A stretch of 64,000 nucleotides of DNA from a virus (IMGVR_UViG_3300016480_000004), one strand, 5' to 3'. Positions 28,560-38,215 are shown, numbered from the stretch's first letter. Notes: a model not told the origin generated them from the sequence alone. A program made the numbers and translations.

Positions 28560-29177
28560 TTAAACCAATGTAGTTGTCCAATTATTAGTGAGGTCACTTT
28601 CCTGACCAGCATTCTCAATGTAGTTAGCCAGTTCTGAGATAGGGACTTTAGTACCATCCTTTACCTCTTCTTTCCAAATGAAATATTGAAGTAATCTCAT
28701 GAACTTATACTCTCCATTGAAGCCAGAAACATAGGCTTGAGTTGCATTAATGATTTGTTCATCAGTGTAATCATTCCCATACTTCTTAAAGAAAGTCTGT
28801 AACTTCCTCTTAATGTCAGTTTTATTTCCTCTCCAATACTGGTTGTTAAAGTTCTTTCCTTCTGGATAAATGGATTGAAGTTGAGGTACTAATGCTTCAA
28901 TTCTTTGATTGAAGTCATCAGTCCCCACAGACTTATCAGAGTCAAGAATAATGTTATTTACCACATTATTCCCTGTAGAAGTAACAAATAACCCTACAGG
29001 AAGATGTGTTTCCTTATCATAACTTGTACTAATAAGTCCTTTCTTCTTCAACTCACTTTCAGCAGCATTGAAATCTACATTGTTTTGAATAGCTATCATA
29101 AGTAAGACCTCTCCAAGAGAAACCCCACTCTTTTTAATAACCTTGTCATTCAATGAGATTGTCATACTACCATCCAA
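28560..29177 (-). CDS. Hypothetical protein
   Basis: ORF track. Confidence 0.45.
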   Translation of the reverse strand: MDGSMTISLNDKVIKKSGVSLGEVLLMIAIQNNVDFNAAESELKKKGLISTSYDKETHLPVGLFVTSTGNNVVNNIILDSDKSVGTDDFNQRIEALVPQLQSIYPEGKNFNNQYWRGNKTDIKRKLQTFFKKYGNDYTDEQIINATQAYVSGFNGEYKFMRLLQYFIWKEEVKDGTKVPISELANYIENAGQESDLTNNWTTTLV

Positions 29178-29571
29178 TCAGCAATTCAACATGAGCTTCC
29201 TCAACATTCACGGTATGTTCACAAGCCTCCACAGATTCATTCACAAGTGCAGCACAGTTCAAGAAATATTTCTCAATTTCTTTGTAAACCTTTGCAGCAG
29301 TAGCAAATGCTTTACCTTTTGCTCTGGATTCTGCAATCCTCTTACCTACTTCTCCATCAAAGGCATCTTCTTCATTGCACCTTGCAACAGCTCTTACCTT
29401 GAATTTACCATTGCGATTTACAAGTGGAAGATTAGCCCACATATAAGGATAAATATCTTCATATACAGGGTGTTTCACCAACTGCATATCACACTCCAGG
29501 ACACAAACTACTACCTTCTTCTCAGGATTTACAATGTAGTTTGTTTTAGTAATTTTAACTCTGTTTCTCAT
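29167..29571 (-). CDS. Hypothetical protein
   Basis: ORF track. Confidence 0.45.
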   Translation of the reverse strand: MRNRVKITKTNYIVNPEKKVVVCVLECDMQLVKHPVYEDIYPYMWANLPLVNRNGKFKVRAVARCNEEDAFDGEVGKRIAESRAKGKAFATAAKVYKEIEKYFLNCAALVNESVEACEHTVNVEEAHVELLIGW

Positions 29572-30743
29572 ACTTTTATTTCACTTAAATTTGTTTTTTC
29601 AACCAACTCTGGATTATAGTCCTCAAGCATCTTTTCAACCAACTCTTCTTCCCTTGTACCACTAAAGTATGGGATAATAATGATGGGGTCTTTGTGCCTG
29701 AGTATTCTACCCAATCTTTGCTTGATGATAATATCACTGCTGTTCAGATTAGCATATAAACCAACTCTGCAATCTACAAGGTTCATGCCTTCATTCAACA
29801 TATTACATGCTGTAATGTGGTCCAACTTCTTGTGATTAAACATATCAAGCACTATAGAGGATTCCTTGTTCTTACTGTTAATACAGTTTTCCCCTAATAT
29901 TTCTGTCTGTTCAATCGAGCTACAGAATGTAAGTACCCTCTCTGATTTCAGCTTCTCCAGAAGAGATAAGATAATAGGGTTCTTTAATTGTGAAAGAAAT
30001 TTGAGCCTTTGACCTGCAAGGAATAACCACTTCGTCTTTACTCCTTCATTTCTTGTTCTCATGTATTGTCTCTTCCAGAACTCTATCTTGCTTCCTAACT
30101 CTATCACATACTGATATTCAGTACACTTAATATGCACCTGAATAGATTTATCCCTTAAGTAAGACCATCTATCTTTATATAGACATTCTTTGATAATCTT
30201 AGCTTTGGGGTGTTCAATCATAGTATGTACAGCATGTGTATTATCAAGTTCAAGAGGGATAAGGAACACTCTTGGGTCAGGAAGGATTTCATTGTCTATA
30301 GCCTCCTTCATCTTCACTGTATAACATTGAAAATCAGGAAACAACTGACTTAGTTCCCACTTCATATCTCTGGTTACTGTAGCTGAAAGCATGATAGAAT
30401 GGTATATAGTCATAGTATGCACAAATTCCCTGCATCTTTCTGACATGTGCTGTACTTCATCAAAGATTACACAGTCCCAATCCTCTTCTACATGTTTATT
30501 CAATCCTACATAAGTACTGAAATACACTCTTTCAAGCCAAGATTCTAATCCCCATTTGATAAACTCCTCTTTCCAGTTGTTTATTAGGACTAATCTTGGT
30601 ATTACTATAAGTATGCTACTGGGATTATCCCTTAAAGCCAAATCAATACCTATCTTAGATTTACCAAAGGAAGTAGGTAACTCACAGAGTATAGAATCAC
30701 TCTTTATATTCATTATCTCTTCCCGAGCCTGTTCTCTATCCAT
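29568..30743 (-). CDS. SF2 helicase (DExH-box)
   Basis: Walker A-like SFGKSKIG, the DExH motif FDEVQHM, and helicase motif III-like ATVT. Confidence 0.55.
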   Translation of the reverse strand: MDREQAREEIMNIKSDSILCELPTSFGKSKIGIDLALRDNPSSILIVIPRLVLINNWKEEFIKWGLESWLERVYFSTYVGLNKHVEEDWDCVIFDEVQHMSERCREFVHTMTIYHSIMLSATVTRDMKWELSQLFPDFQCYTVKMKEAIDNEILPDPRVFLIPLELDNTHAVHTMIEHPKAKIIKECLYKDRWSYLRDKSIQVHIKCTEYQYVIELGSKIEFWKRQYMRTRNEGVKTKWLFLAGQRLKFLSQLKNPIILSLLEKLKSERVLTFCSSIEQTEILGENCINSKNKESSIVLDMFNHKKLDHITACNMLNEGMNLVDCRVGLYANLNSSDIIIKQRLGRILRHKDPIIIIPYFSGTREEELVEKMLEDYNPELVEKTNLSEIKV

Positions 30744-31209
30744 ATCTCTTTACTATATTCTTTAGTTTTTCTACATATTGCGGGTCTTCCGCATAACCTA
30801 TATTAATCAAAAATTGATAGTAATCATCCGGGGGTTTGTATCTGTATTGTATGTAATTGATATAGGCAACCACACTCTCACTCCAATGGTCAAACTTATA
30901 ATAATCCCCATTGTAACTACTATAGAGTCCAAATAAGTTATTGTACTCTTTGCAGACCTTAGACTGGAAATGACCTGTCTCAAGGATAGCCTGAGCATAT
31001 ACAATGTTTTTATGTTTAATATTATAATACTCTAAAGCTTCCATAAGATAATCATCAGGAGCTTCTGATAGTAAGAACTCTGGTTGTTCCAATCTCAACA
31101 CATCCACCTTGTCAGGTTCCTTGTGCCCCTCTTGATAGTCCATATAGTATAAACCATATAGACCACCAATTAGTAAGAGCATAAGGATATTATATACCCT
31201 TTGGTTCAT
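30736..31209 (-). CDS. Peptidoglycan hydrolase (FlgJ-type N-acetylglucosaminidase domain); endolysin candidate with an N-terminal signal/anchor
   Basis: AILETGHFQSKVCKEYNNLFGL matches the glucosaminidase family core. N-terminal hydrophobic segment. Confidence 0.55.
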   Translation of the reverse strand: MNQRVYNILMLLLIGGLYGLYYMDYQEGHKEPDKVDVLRLEQPEFLLSEAPDDYLMEALEYYNIKHKNIVYAQAILETGHFQSKVCKEYNNLFGLYSSYNGDYYKFDHWSESVVAYINYIQYRYKPPDDYYQFLINIGYAEDPQYVEKLKNIVKRYG

Positions 31210-31267
31210 AACATTTGTTTTACATTTGATTCAATATTGTCATTGTAATATATTCCAAGTTCACTTA

Positions 31268-31594
31268 TTATACTTTAATGTTTAAGAAGTTCTTAATTAT
31301 AATCAAAACTTTTCCTACGTAGGTTTCACCTCTCAGACTTAATAAACACTTTTCATCAAACCTTTCTGGTTTACCACAGGACTTAACAATGTACACTATA
31401 ATAAAGACTACAAATAGCATAATATTAAAGGAAGGAATCAGTTCAAGAAGAAGGATGATAATAAGTACCCACATAGGTATTTTTATATCAAACTCTTCCT
31501 CAACCTCAAGACCATCATAGCATACACAATGAGTATCTTTTAATATCCCCACTATAATAATAGTGAAGAATATTCCTATAATTATCCAAAACAT
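31268..31594 (-). CDS. Multi-pass small membrane protein (holin candidate)
   Basis: Several hydrophobic helices, adjacent to the hydrolase. Confidence 0.4.
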   Translation of the reverse strand: MFWIIIGIFFTIIIVGILKDTHCVCYDGLEVEEEFDIKIPMWVLIIILLLELIPSFNIMLFVVFIIVYIVKSCGKPERFDEKCLLSLRGETYVGKVLIIIKNFLNIKV

Positions 31595-31595
31595 A

Positions 31596-32381
31596 TTAGT
31601 TACCTATATTTTTAAATAAAGTAGGAACTTGACCATAAACAGGAAGCTTACCATCCCATTTCTCAATCCACATTTGTTCCAAAATTGCAGGAGTTAAAGC
31701 TTTTGTTTTCAACTCATTAGCTTTAAACTCTGCTTCTGCTGCTACAATTATTTTCTTAGCTTGAGCTTCTGTAATTTTTACTTCATTTTCAACTTGCATA
31801 GCCTCTTGTATAGCTCTATTTTTATTATTAACAGCTTCTACAATAGTAGGAGGATATTTTAATCCTGATGTTAATTGCTCTAGTTGAAAATTCTCTTTTT
31901 TAAGTGCAGTAGTTAAATGAGTTTCAATAGCTTTTTCAATAGAATCTCTATTACTTACAATATAATCTGTAGTAAAGTTATTAAGTTGAATTCTAAAAGC
32001 ATCTCTTACGTAATTAAAAAGAGTTCCTGTAATTATAGACTTTAACTCTCTTCTGTATTTCTTGAATACCTCTGGGGACTTTCCATCTATAATTTTTAAT
32101 GAAACTGTAGGGTCTACTGTAAATTCAGAACCATCTTTAGCATTAATAGTAAAAGCTGGATAGTCCACAGTTTGGACATAAGTTTCATACTCATAAATTT
32201 CAGTAGTAAAGGGATTATAGAATACTCTACCTGTAACCAAAGCTACATCAGAAACTCCTTTAGAATCTCCATATAGATTAACTTTCATACCTTCACAACC
32301 TGCATCAATTCTTTCACAGGAGGATAGACTTATCATCCCCATAAAGGCTATTAATAGCCCAATTAAAAATTTACTTTTCAT
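31596..32381 (-). CDS. Lipoprotein (lipobox ...SLSSC)
   Basis: Signal peptide plus Cys, MKSKFLIGLLIAFMGMISLSSC. Confidence 0.5.
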   Translation of the reverse strand: MKSKFLIGLLIAFMGMISLSSCERIDAGCEGMKVNLYGDSKGVSDVALVTGRVFYNPFTTEIYEYETYVQTVDYPAFTINAKDGSEFTVDPTVSLKIIDGKSPEVFKKYRRELKSIITGTLFNYVRDAFRIQLNNFTTDYIVSNRDSIEKAIETHLTTALKKENFQLEQLTSGLKYPPTIVEAVNNKNRAIQEAMQVENEVKITEAQAKKIIVAAEAEFKANELKTKALTPAILEQMWIEKWDGKLPVYGQVPTLFKNIGN

Positions 32382-32574
32382 GTTTTCTTTCTTTTTTTTT
32401 TTTTAATTTTATTGTTGTAAAACACTTAGTTTTGTAGGAAACTAAGGCAGTAATAATGATTAAGAAGAATCCTACAACATTCTCAATTGTATTTGCTTGG
32501 GACATCATATGAAAAGATACATTGATAAATCCCATTAGCATAACAAACCATACAGCTATTTTCAGTATATTCAT
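32371..32574 (-). CDS. Small membrane protein
   Basis: Two hydrophobic helices and a basic C-terminus. Confidence 0.35.
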   Translation of the reverse strand: MNILKIAVWFVMLMGFINVSFHMMSQANTIENVVGFFLIIITALVSYKTKCFTTIKLKKKKERKHEK

Positions 32575-33398
32575 TCTTTGAATTTTTGTTTTGTATATTC
32601 TTCTATGTCTGTTATCTTGACTATATAATCATAGTAAACATAAGTATTATACCATCTTCCCTTTGGACTTTCATAGTCAAGAACTTTATAAGAACACCCT
32701 TTACCGATTACTGTAGCTCTTGTGAATTGCAACAAGTGTTCCAATTGAGCTTTAGTGTAAAAACCAAACCTTCTTACATCAGTATCTCTGCTACTGTCAA
32801 ATTTATCTCTATGCACTGACCAAACAGGCAACAACATATAGTTTCCTTTAACAGATACCCAAAGTTTTCCAATAAATAATGGTCCAGTAGTAGAAGCTCT
32901 ATGGAAGAGAGATGTAGTAGTAATAGGCTTGAACTGCTCTAAGACATCCATTCTGATATGGTTATTATTCCATCTGATGTGTTTAGGACTAAAGGCTTGT
33001 TTCTTTAGGGAGCACTTCTTGTAGTTCAAGATACCATTAGTAACATAAAAGCCTGATGCCCATTTATAACCTTTCATTCTTTCTTCTTCATAATCAAGAA
33101 AGGAATCAAAGATTTTTTTAATGGGTCTATTCTGTTTATGTTTCTTCATCTCTACCACAAACTCTGAGAAGACGTTATTCACTGGTCTACCAACTCTTGC
33201 CATTAGGAAGTCTCTTACTTCCTTATAGGGGGAATATCCCCCTCTGCTGGTTTGACCCCAATAACCATTCTTATCAGACTGTACTCTCATAGGTAAATGA
33301 CCTACATCCATTCTATTCATAGAAGCTCTCATAATCTTCTTATGTAGTCTGGACCTCCTACCTTTACCATCACCTTTCATCTTAAATTCATAGCTCAT
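32571..33398 (-). CDS. Hypothetical protein
   Basis: ORF track. Confidence 0.45.
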   Translation of the reverse strand: MSYEFKMKGDGKGRRSRLHKKIMRASMNRMDVGHLPMRVQSDKNGYWGQTSRGGYSPYKEVRDFLMARVGRPVNNVFSEFVVEMKKHKQNRPIKKIFDSFLDYEEERMKGYKWASGFYVTNGILNYKKCSLKKQAFSPKHIRWNNNHIRMDVLEQFKPITTTSLFHRASTTGPLFIGKLWVSVKGNYMLLPVWSVHRDKFDSSRDTDVRRFGFYTKAQLEHLLQFTRATVIGKGCSYKVLDYESPKGRWYNTYVYYDYIVKITDIEEYTKQKFKE

Positions 33399-33586
33399 AT
33401 TTCCAATAGTTTTATGTAAGTTCTTCCACCATCCTTATCATACCACAGTAATAGTATATACTTGTTATAGCTTATAACTAAGTCAAAATAAGGGTGGTAT
33501 CTAACAAAAGTCTTTATTAGTAAGATAATACCAAACAATCCTACTATAATTGATACAAATAACATACTGCCTACACTATAAATGAT

Positions 33587-33964
33587 TTAATTATCCAATA
33601 TAGTATAGGTGAAACTTACTCCACCAAGTCCTTCTACAATCCTCTTGAGATGAGCTTCAAGCCTCTGTTTTTTAGTAAGTCTCTCCCAATCTCTGGGTTT
33701 AACAAAGTAAGGAGCTTCTTTTCCTACCATGTACTCATAAGCATCCATACTAAGATTGAGAGATTGACCAGCAGGTTTACACTTTCTGGTCTTTATAGTA
33801 ATGGTCTCAGCATCTTTCTTACCCTTTTTAAGACCTTCTACTCTCATAGAGAAAGCATCATAACCTGTGCCTACTTTTTCTTCCTCAAGAGCTTTAGCCT
33901 GCTCTTGGCTATACATAATGCTGCCTTGCAACACTATGGATAGGCTTACTTTAATCTCATTCAT
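33587..33964 (-). CDS. Hypothetical protein
   Basis: ORF track. Confidence 0.45.
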   Translation of the reverse strand: MNEIKVSLSIVLQGSIMYSQEQAKALEEEKVGTGYDAFSMRVEGLKKGKKDAETITIKTRKCKPAGQSLNLSMDAYEYMVGKEAPYFVKPRDWERLTKKQRLEAHLKRIVEGLGGVSFTYTILDN

Positions 33965-34010
33965 TCTTTATACTCAAATTTGAAACCGTACTTACAAGGG
34001 ACTGATTTCA

Positions 34011-34400
34011 TTATTCATCTGAATCTTTATCACCAAGCATAGCTCCCATAAGAAGCATACTCAACATGGCTTCTGGACCTTCACCTGCTAAATTTTTAGC
34101 TGCAATATTTACAACAATCTTTTGCTGTTCTCCTGCAATAAATTTCTGCAAGTCCATAGGCAGAGTACCAAGTAGGTAAGTAATTACCATAGCCTTACTT
34201 TGGTTATCTTTTAATCTTTCCAATTCAATCAGGCAGTTATCCAATACATCTTCTGCATTAGTATCACCTGTCTCTTTACCAAGGTCAATTACACCTTCCC
34301 TCAAACTATCCATAACTTTTTTAGGAAGTGGGTTGTTAAGACCTAATTTCTCTCTCATGTTTTCTGCAAAGCTCTTAGCTTCACTCTTTTCATTTTTCAT
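34011..34400 (-). CDS. Hypothetical protein
   Basis: ORF track. Confidence 0.45.
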   Translation of the reverse strand: MKNEKSEAKSFAENMREKLGLNNPLPKKVMDSLREGVIDLGKETGDTNAEDVLDNCLIELERLKDNQSKAMVITYLLGTLPMDLQKFIAGEQQKIVVNIAAKNLAGEGPEAMLSMLLMGAMLGDKDSDE

Positions 34401-34451
34401 TGTTTTTTCTTTTAGTAAAACATTTATTTATTATCACATGACTGTACATAA

Positions 34452-34492
34452 AAAGAAAAGGCTACCAGTAATCAAACTGATAGCCTTTAAAA
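34452..34492 (-). terminator. Rho-independent terminator (minus strand) downstream of the Rsr / tRNA-like unit
   Basis: Hairpin GGCTACCAG...CTGATAGCC followed on the minus strand by TTTTCTTTTT. Confidence 0.5.
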
Positions 34493-34622
34493 GATAGAAT
34501 ATTCTACAACACCTTTGAAATTGTGTCCCTAAGGACATAAGTTGATTAAGAATCTACTCCTTTCTTACTTGCTAAATTTAATTTTCATATGAAGTAAGTG
34601 TTGTATATCACTAATCTTTGTG

Positions 34623-34780
34623 TGGAGGAAGCAGGATTCAAACCTGCAATAGAACTTATGCTACACCCTTGTGGAGTTCCTACTTACTATTATATAGGTT
34701 ATTCAAATTATAAGTTTGATGCATTAAATATATGTATAACGTTAATACATATATGCGTCTACCAATTCCGCCATTCCTCC
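34623..34780 (-). ncRNA. tRNA-like element (158 nt) with a 7-bp acceptor stem, Leu-type D-arm, T-arm, 10-bp 'anticodon' stem and ~85-nt insertion; Y-RNA-like candidate
   Basis: Minus strand: GGAGGAA-TG-GCG-GAATTGGTAGA-CGC ... GCAGG-TTTGAAT-CCTGC-TTCCTCC-A. Perfect 7-bp acceptor pairing. No canonical 5-bp/7-nt anticodon arm. Confidence 0.5.
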
Positions 34781-34940
34781 AATATTATTTATATTATTTA
34801 AAATTATTGTTTTACGAACAATAAAACGGTTACATATTCGAAGTAACACTCTATCTACGCAAGCAGATTTTCGCCACACTTTCTTAGGGTGTCTATGTAG
34901 TCTTACCTTTTCAGAGATAAATTTATCTCACCTACTGTTG

Positions 34941-35049
34941 TGAAAGTGGCAGGACTCGAACCTGCATTACACGAACCACTGGATTTCTAATCCTGTAAAG
35001 GGCAGAGTCGTGTACTCCCTTGTTGCGTCTACCATTCCGCCACACTTCC
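34941..35049 (-). ncRNA. tRNA-like element (109 nt) sharing the same D-arm and T-arm as the 34623..34780 element; Y-RNA-like candidate
   Basis: Minus strand: GGAAGTG-TG-GCG-GAATGGTAGA-CGC ... GCAGG-TTCGAGT-CCTGC-CACTTTC-A. Acceptor 6 WC + 1 GU. No canonical anticodon arm. Confidence 0.5.
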
Positions 35050-35284
35050 AAATCCAGCTTTTTCATTTTTAAGAGTTGAAAACTGGTTAAAGTATCTCTT
35101 TAAGATATGCCATAGAACATTTAACAGATTATCGTAGATAATTTAAAAGATTATTGATGTAAATCTGTAATACACTAATGGCATTATAAGTTAATGTTGT
35201 AAGAACAACTAACAGACTGTTTTTGGTAAACTATATCCATATTAGCTTGAAGTAAGTCTATTATACACTATACAACATTATATT

Positions 35285-36703
35285 TTACTGTTCCTCAAAC
35301 TTATTCTGTAAGCCTTCTAAAGCTGCAATATAAGTTAGGAAATTCTCTGACCAACCTGAAATCTCAGCAGTCCATCTTCCTCTATAATTCACTCCCTTTG
35401 TATTGGCTGATACATCACAAATATAATTGTAAGTACCAAATGGCTCAGGAAGGATAGACTTATTATAGTGGTAATCTATATCCTGTGAATCTGAGAAAAT
35501 GATGATTCTATTAAAGTGAACACCTTTAAATTTGTCTTTACACCAGTCTAAACATTGTTTAGTGAATATGCCTCCACCACCAATATTATGTCTTGTGTCC
35601 AGTATTTGCTTGAATACACCAAATCCCTTTTGAGGATATTTGATATGTTCAGATGCTTGTTTTCTTGAACTATCACTACCTGCTGTAGCCACAAGTTCAT
35701 AGTCCTCACACTGATTAATAGCTAACATAGCCATTGCGCATGCTTGGTCCATTCTACTGAACTGTGATTGACCAGAAGTAAGACTACCCATAGAACCACT
35801 GACATCTACTATAAACAAGGTTTTACCTGGGAGTTTAGGTAGATTCTTATATGATTCCAACATAGCATCTTCAATATCCCTACTGAACTCAGGGTTCATT
35901 CTTTCAGCTTTCAAAAAGTCAAGAGGCAATAGCATTGATGATTTAAGTTTTGTCAATCCCTCAACAATAACTCTTTTAGCAACATCCGATTTTCTCATGT
36001 TAGCTATATTTCTCAACATAGCCAGACCGCCAATCTTATTCTCAAAGATTAATTTAGTCCAAGTCTCTTTCCTATCTTCACCAGCAGATAATAATACTTC
36101 CCATGTTTCAGGAGGAGTAAGAGTTCTGTCAGCTACTTTCTTGAATAACTTGGTTTCATAATCATTGTTTGGCTTAGGTCTGCATAAGAACATAACATCT
36201 CTCAGCTTAATAGCTGCATTTCTGTCATATTTAGCCAACTTGTACTCATTGAAGTTATGAAAGGCATTAGCTAATCCTTTCTTAGCTTGGTTACAGATAG
36301 GCTTTTTACCGCCCTTCCAATATAATGCCAAGAAATCTGTCAGCATATCAGCCCTTGTAATAATCTTAGGCAATAGGTCAGCTACAAATAACTTATGTTC
36401 AGGATATTTACACATTTCCACTGCTATAAACAGTGGTATATGTCTCAGCTTCTGCATTAATCTTGCTTCAAGAGCAATATTATACACATCAATGGCAGGA
36501 CACAAATATATTAGCCTCTTGATTTCTTCTGCCACCTTAAGACCATCCATATATGCAACATCTTCCCAAAGAAGATTAGCTAATACTGCCCTTCTCAATA
36601 ATGCTACATTACTCTGTTTAGCTGCCAATGCACCTGAACCCCCAGCCAATCTTTCCTCATCCAACTTTGAAGTTGGTTTCACTAATGGATTTAACTTTCC
36701 CAT
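35285..36703 (-). CDS. rsr: Ro60/Rsr orthologue (TROVE domain + vWA domain with MIDAS)
   Basis: TROVE-like segments (GGLAMLRNIANM vs Ro60 TALLRNLGKM; KYDRNAAIKLRDVMFLCRPKP vs [21 protein letters not shown]) and a vWA MIDAS LFIVDVSGSMGS (Ro60 FLLAVDVSASM). Confidence 0.7.
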   Translation of the reverse strand: MGKLNPLVKPTSKLDEERLAGGSGALAAKQSNVALLRRAVLANLLWEDVAYMDGLKVAEEIKRLIYLCPAIDVYNIALEARLMQKLRHIPLFIAVEMCKYPEHKLFVADLLPKIITRADMLTDFLALYWKGGKKPICNQAKKGLANAFHNFNEYKLAKYDRNAAIKLRDVMFLCRPKPNNDYETKLFKKVADRTLTPPETWEVLLSAGEDRKETWTKLIFENKIGGLAMLRNIANMRKSDVAKRVIVEGLTKLKSSMLLPLDFLKAERMNPEFSRDIEDAMLESYKNLPKLPGKTLFIVDVSGSMGSLTSGQSQFSRMDQACAMAMLAINQCEDYELVATAGSDSSRKQASEHIKYPQKGFGVFKQILDTRHNIGGGGIFTKQCLDWCKDKFKGVHFNRIIIFSDSQDIDYHYNKSILPEPFGTYNYICDVSANTKGVNYRGRWTAEISGWSENFLTYIAALEGLQNKFEEQ

Positions 36704-36794
36704 AGAATTGTTTCTTTATTTAATTGACACTGCAAAGATATGTCAAAGGTTTCATATATACAAATATATTTCCACCTTTAACATTCTTTTTGTT

Positions 36795-37205
36795 TTATTC
36801 CTCTGTACTTGAAGCCTTATCTGCTTCTGAATTACAGAAAGCTATATAGCCCTCAACATCGAAGTTTCCTTCTTCATCCAAGAAATCTTTCAAGCCACTA
36901 TATGCTTCCTCACATACTGTGAACTGAGTTTCCTCAAATGTATCTCCTCTATACTTATGTAGGTCTATTGAACCCGATGTAAGAGGTAATTCCATTCCCC
37001 ATGATGGCATAGGATAGAACATTAAAGCATGGTTCGAGAGGTACATTACTTTGTTCTCTTCATCTTTGGCTACCCAAATGTTCTCTGGTTGTCCACCTAG
37101 CATGGTAATTCTTACTTTACCATGTGGTAGTTCACCAATAGGCTTGTCCCTTTTGATTGTTGATTTAATTAATTTCATTCTTTTCTTTTTTTTTTTATCA
37201 GACAT
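36795..37205 (-). CDS. Hypothetical protein (N-terminal K5 encoded by an A-tract; alternative start at 37178)
   Basis: ORF track. The poly-A at 37183-37199 encodes KKKKK if the upstream ATG is used. Confidence 0.4.
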   Translation of the reverse strand: MSDKKKKKRMKLIKSTIKRDKPIGELPHGKVRITMLGGQPENIWVAKDEENKVMYLSNHALMFYPMPSWGMELPLTSGSIDLHKYRGDTFEETQFTVCEEAYSGLKDFLDEEGNFDVEGYIAFCNSEADKASSTEE

Positions 37206-37262
37206 CTAAGTCTGGGTGTTTATAAATTAAGAACCTACAAATTGATTTCAAGATGTTCAGGA

Positions 37263-37472
37263 CTATTCTACTATTTCCCAATCAGTCAACCATGACTCAT
37301 CTTGTCTGTATCTCCAAAAATCTTCATACATACAATGTGCGTTAACTATCACACCATCTTCAAGTTGATAATCACCATTAGGAAGTTGAGCTATACATTC
37401 ATCAGAGCTGAAATACCTATGCCTTACTTTCTTACCTTCGGACATAGCTTTAATTGCTTCTTCTTTTGTCAT
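37263..37472 (-). CDS. Hypothetical protein
   Basis: ORF track. Confidence 0.4.
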   Translation of the reverse strand: MTKEEAIKAMSEGKKVRHRYFSSDECIAQLPNGDYQLEDGVIVNAHCMYEDFWRYRQDESWLTDWEIVE

Positions 37473-37981
37473 ATCTTTTCAAGTTTAGTTTCAACAAAAA
37501 TGGGTTCAATATCTTTCCATTCAGTGATATTATTACTATCTACTGGCTTACCCCCATTGAATGTACATATAGTTATATGTGGAATCTTGTTAGCACACAA
37601 ATTCTTTGGTATGTTACATCTGAATGCCATAGCTTTATCTGATACACCAATACCATTAACCTCTAAAGGCTGATTTAAGTTACCATGTAATACTAATGTA
37701 GTACCAAGAGTATCTTCCAGTAGAAAGTTGCTTGTTCTTTGAGACCAATGTAATAATGTGCAATGGTCTAAATACCAATCCTCAGGAAGTGTTCCCTTTA
37801 TAATATCATTATTGAAATCATAGCCATGTGCCCACAACCATTCTTTCAATTTAGTCTTACTCTCTTCTGTGAGAAATAAGCCATAGTATTCAAAATCTTC
37901 CATATAATTATTTATTAAGAATTTACCTCTTGAGCATTTCTTGTGATTTACAAGGTAGAAATGTCTGACAGCCCCTAACAC
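37469..37981 (-). CDS. 2H phosphoesterase superfamily protein (LigT-like 2',3'-cyclic phosphodiesterase / RNA ligase)
   Basis: Two H-x-T-x motifs about 70 aa apart (LDHCTLL and PHITICTF). Confidence 0.5.
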   Translation of the reverse strand: MLGAVRHFYLVNHKKCSRGKFLINNYMEDFEYYGLFLTEESKTKLKEWLWAHGYDFNNDIIKGTLPEDWYLDHCTLLHWSQRTSNFLLEDTLGTTLVLHGNLNQPLEVNGIGVSDKAMAFRCNIPKNLCANKIPHITICTFNGGKPVDSNNITEWKDIEPIFVETKLEKI

Positions 37982-38144
37982 CCTTTATAGCTTACCTATT
38001 AGCATCCTGTGTTTTCTGTATTTATTGTATTGCAGCCCCCACCAGACCAAAACCATTTACAATATCTAATGTAAAAAGGGGAGCCAGTTATCTCAGTCCA
38101 TAAAAGGTTTGCCCAGACACTTACCTCTCCCCATCACATGTGTG

Positions 38145-38215
38145 TACCCCCAAGAAGACTCGAACCCGGATCTAAAGTTTAGGAAACTTTTGTTCTATCC
38201 ATTGAACTTGAGGGC
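38145..38215 (-). tRNA. tRNA-Arg(CCT)-like, minus strand, with a defective T-stem (possible pseudo-tRNA)
   Basis: Minus strand: acceptor GCCCTCA/TGGGGGT, D-stem TTC/GAA, anticodon arm AAAGT-TTCCTAA-ACTTT (CCT), T-loop TTCGAGT, but the T-stem has only about 3 pairs. Confidence 0.35.
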
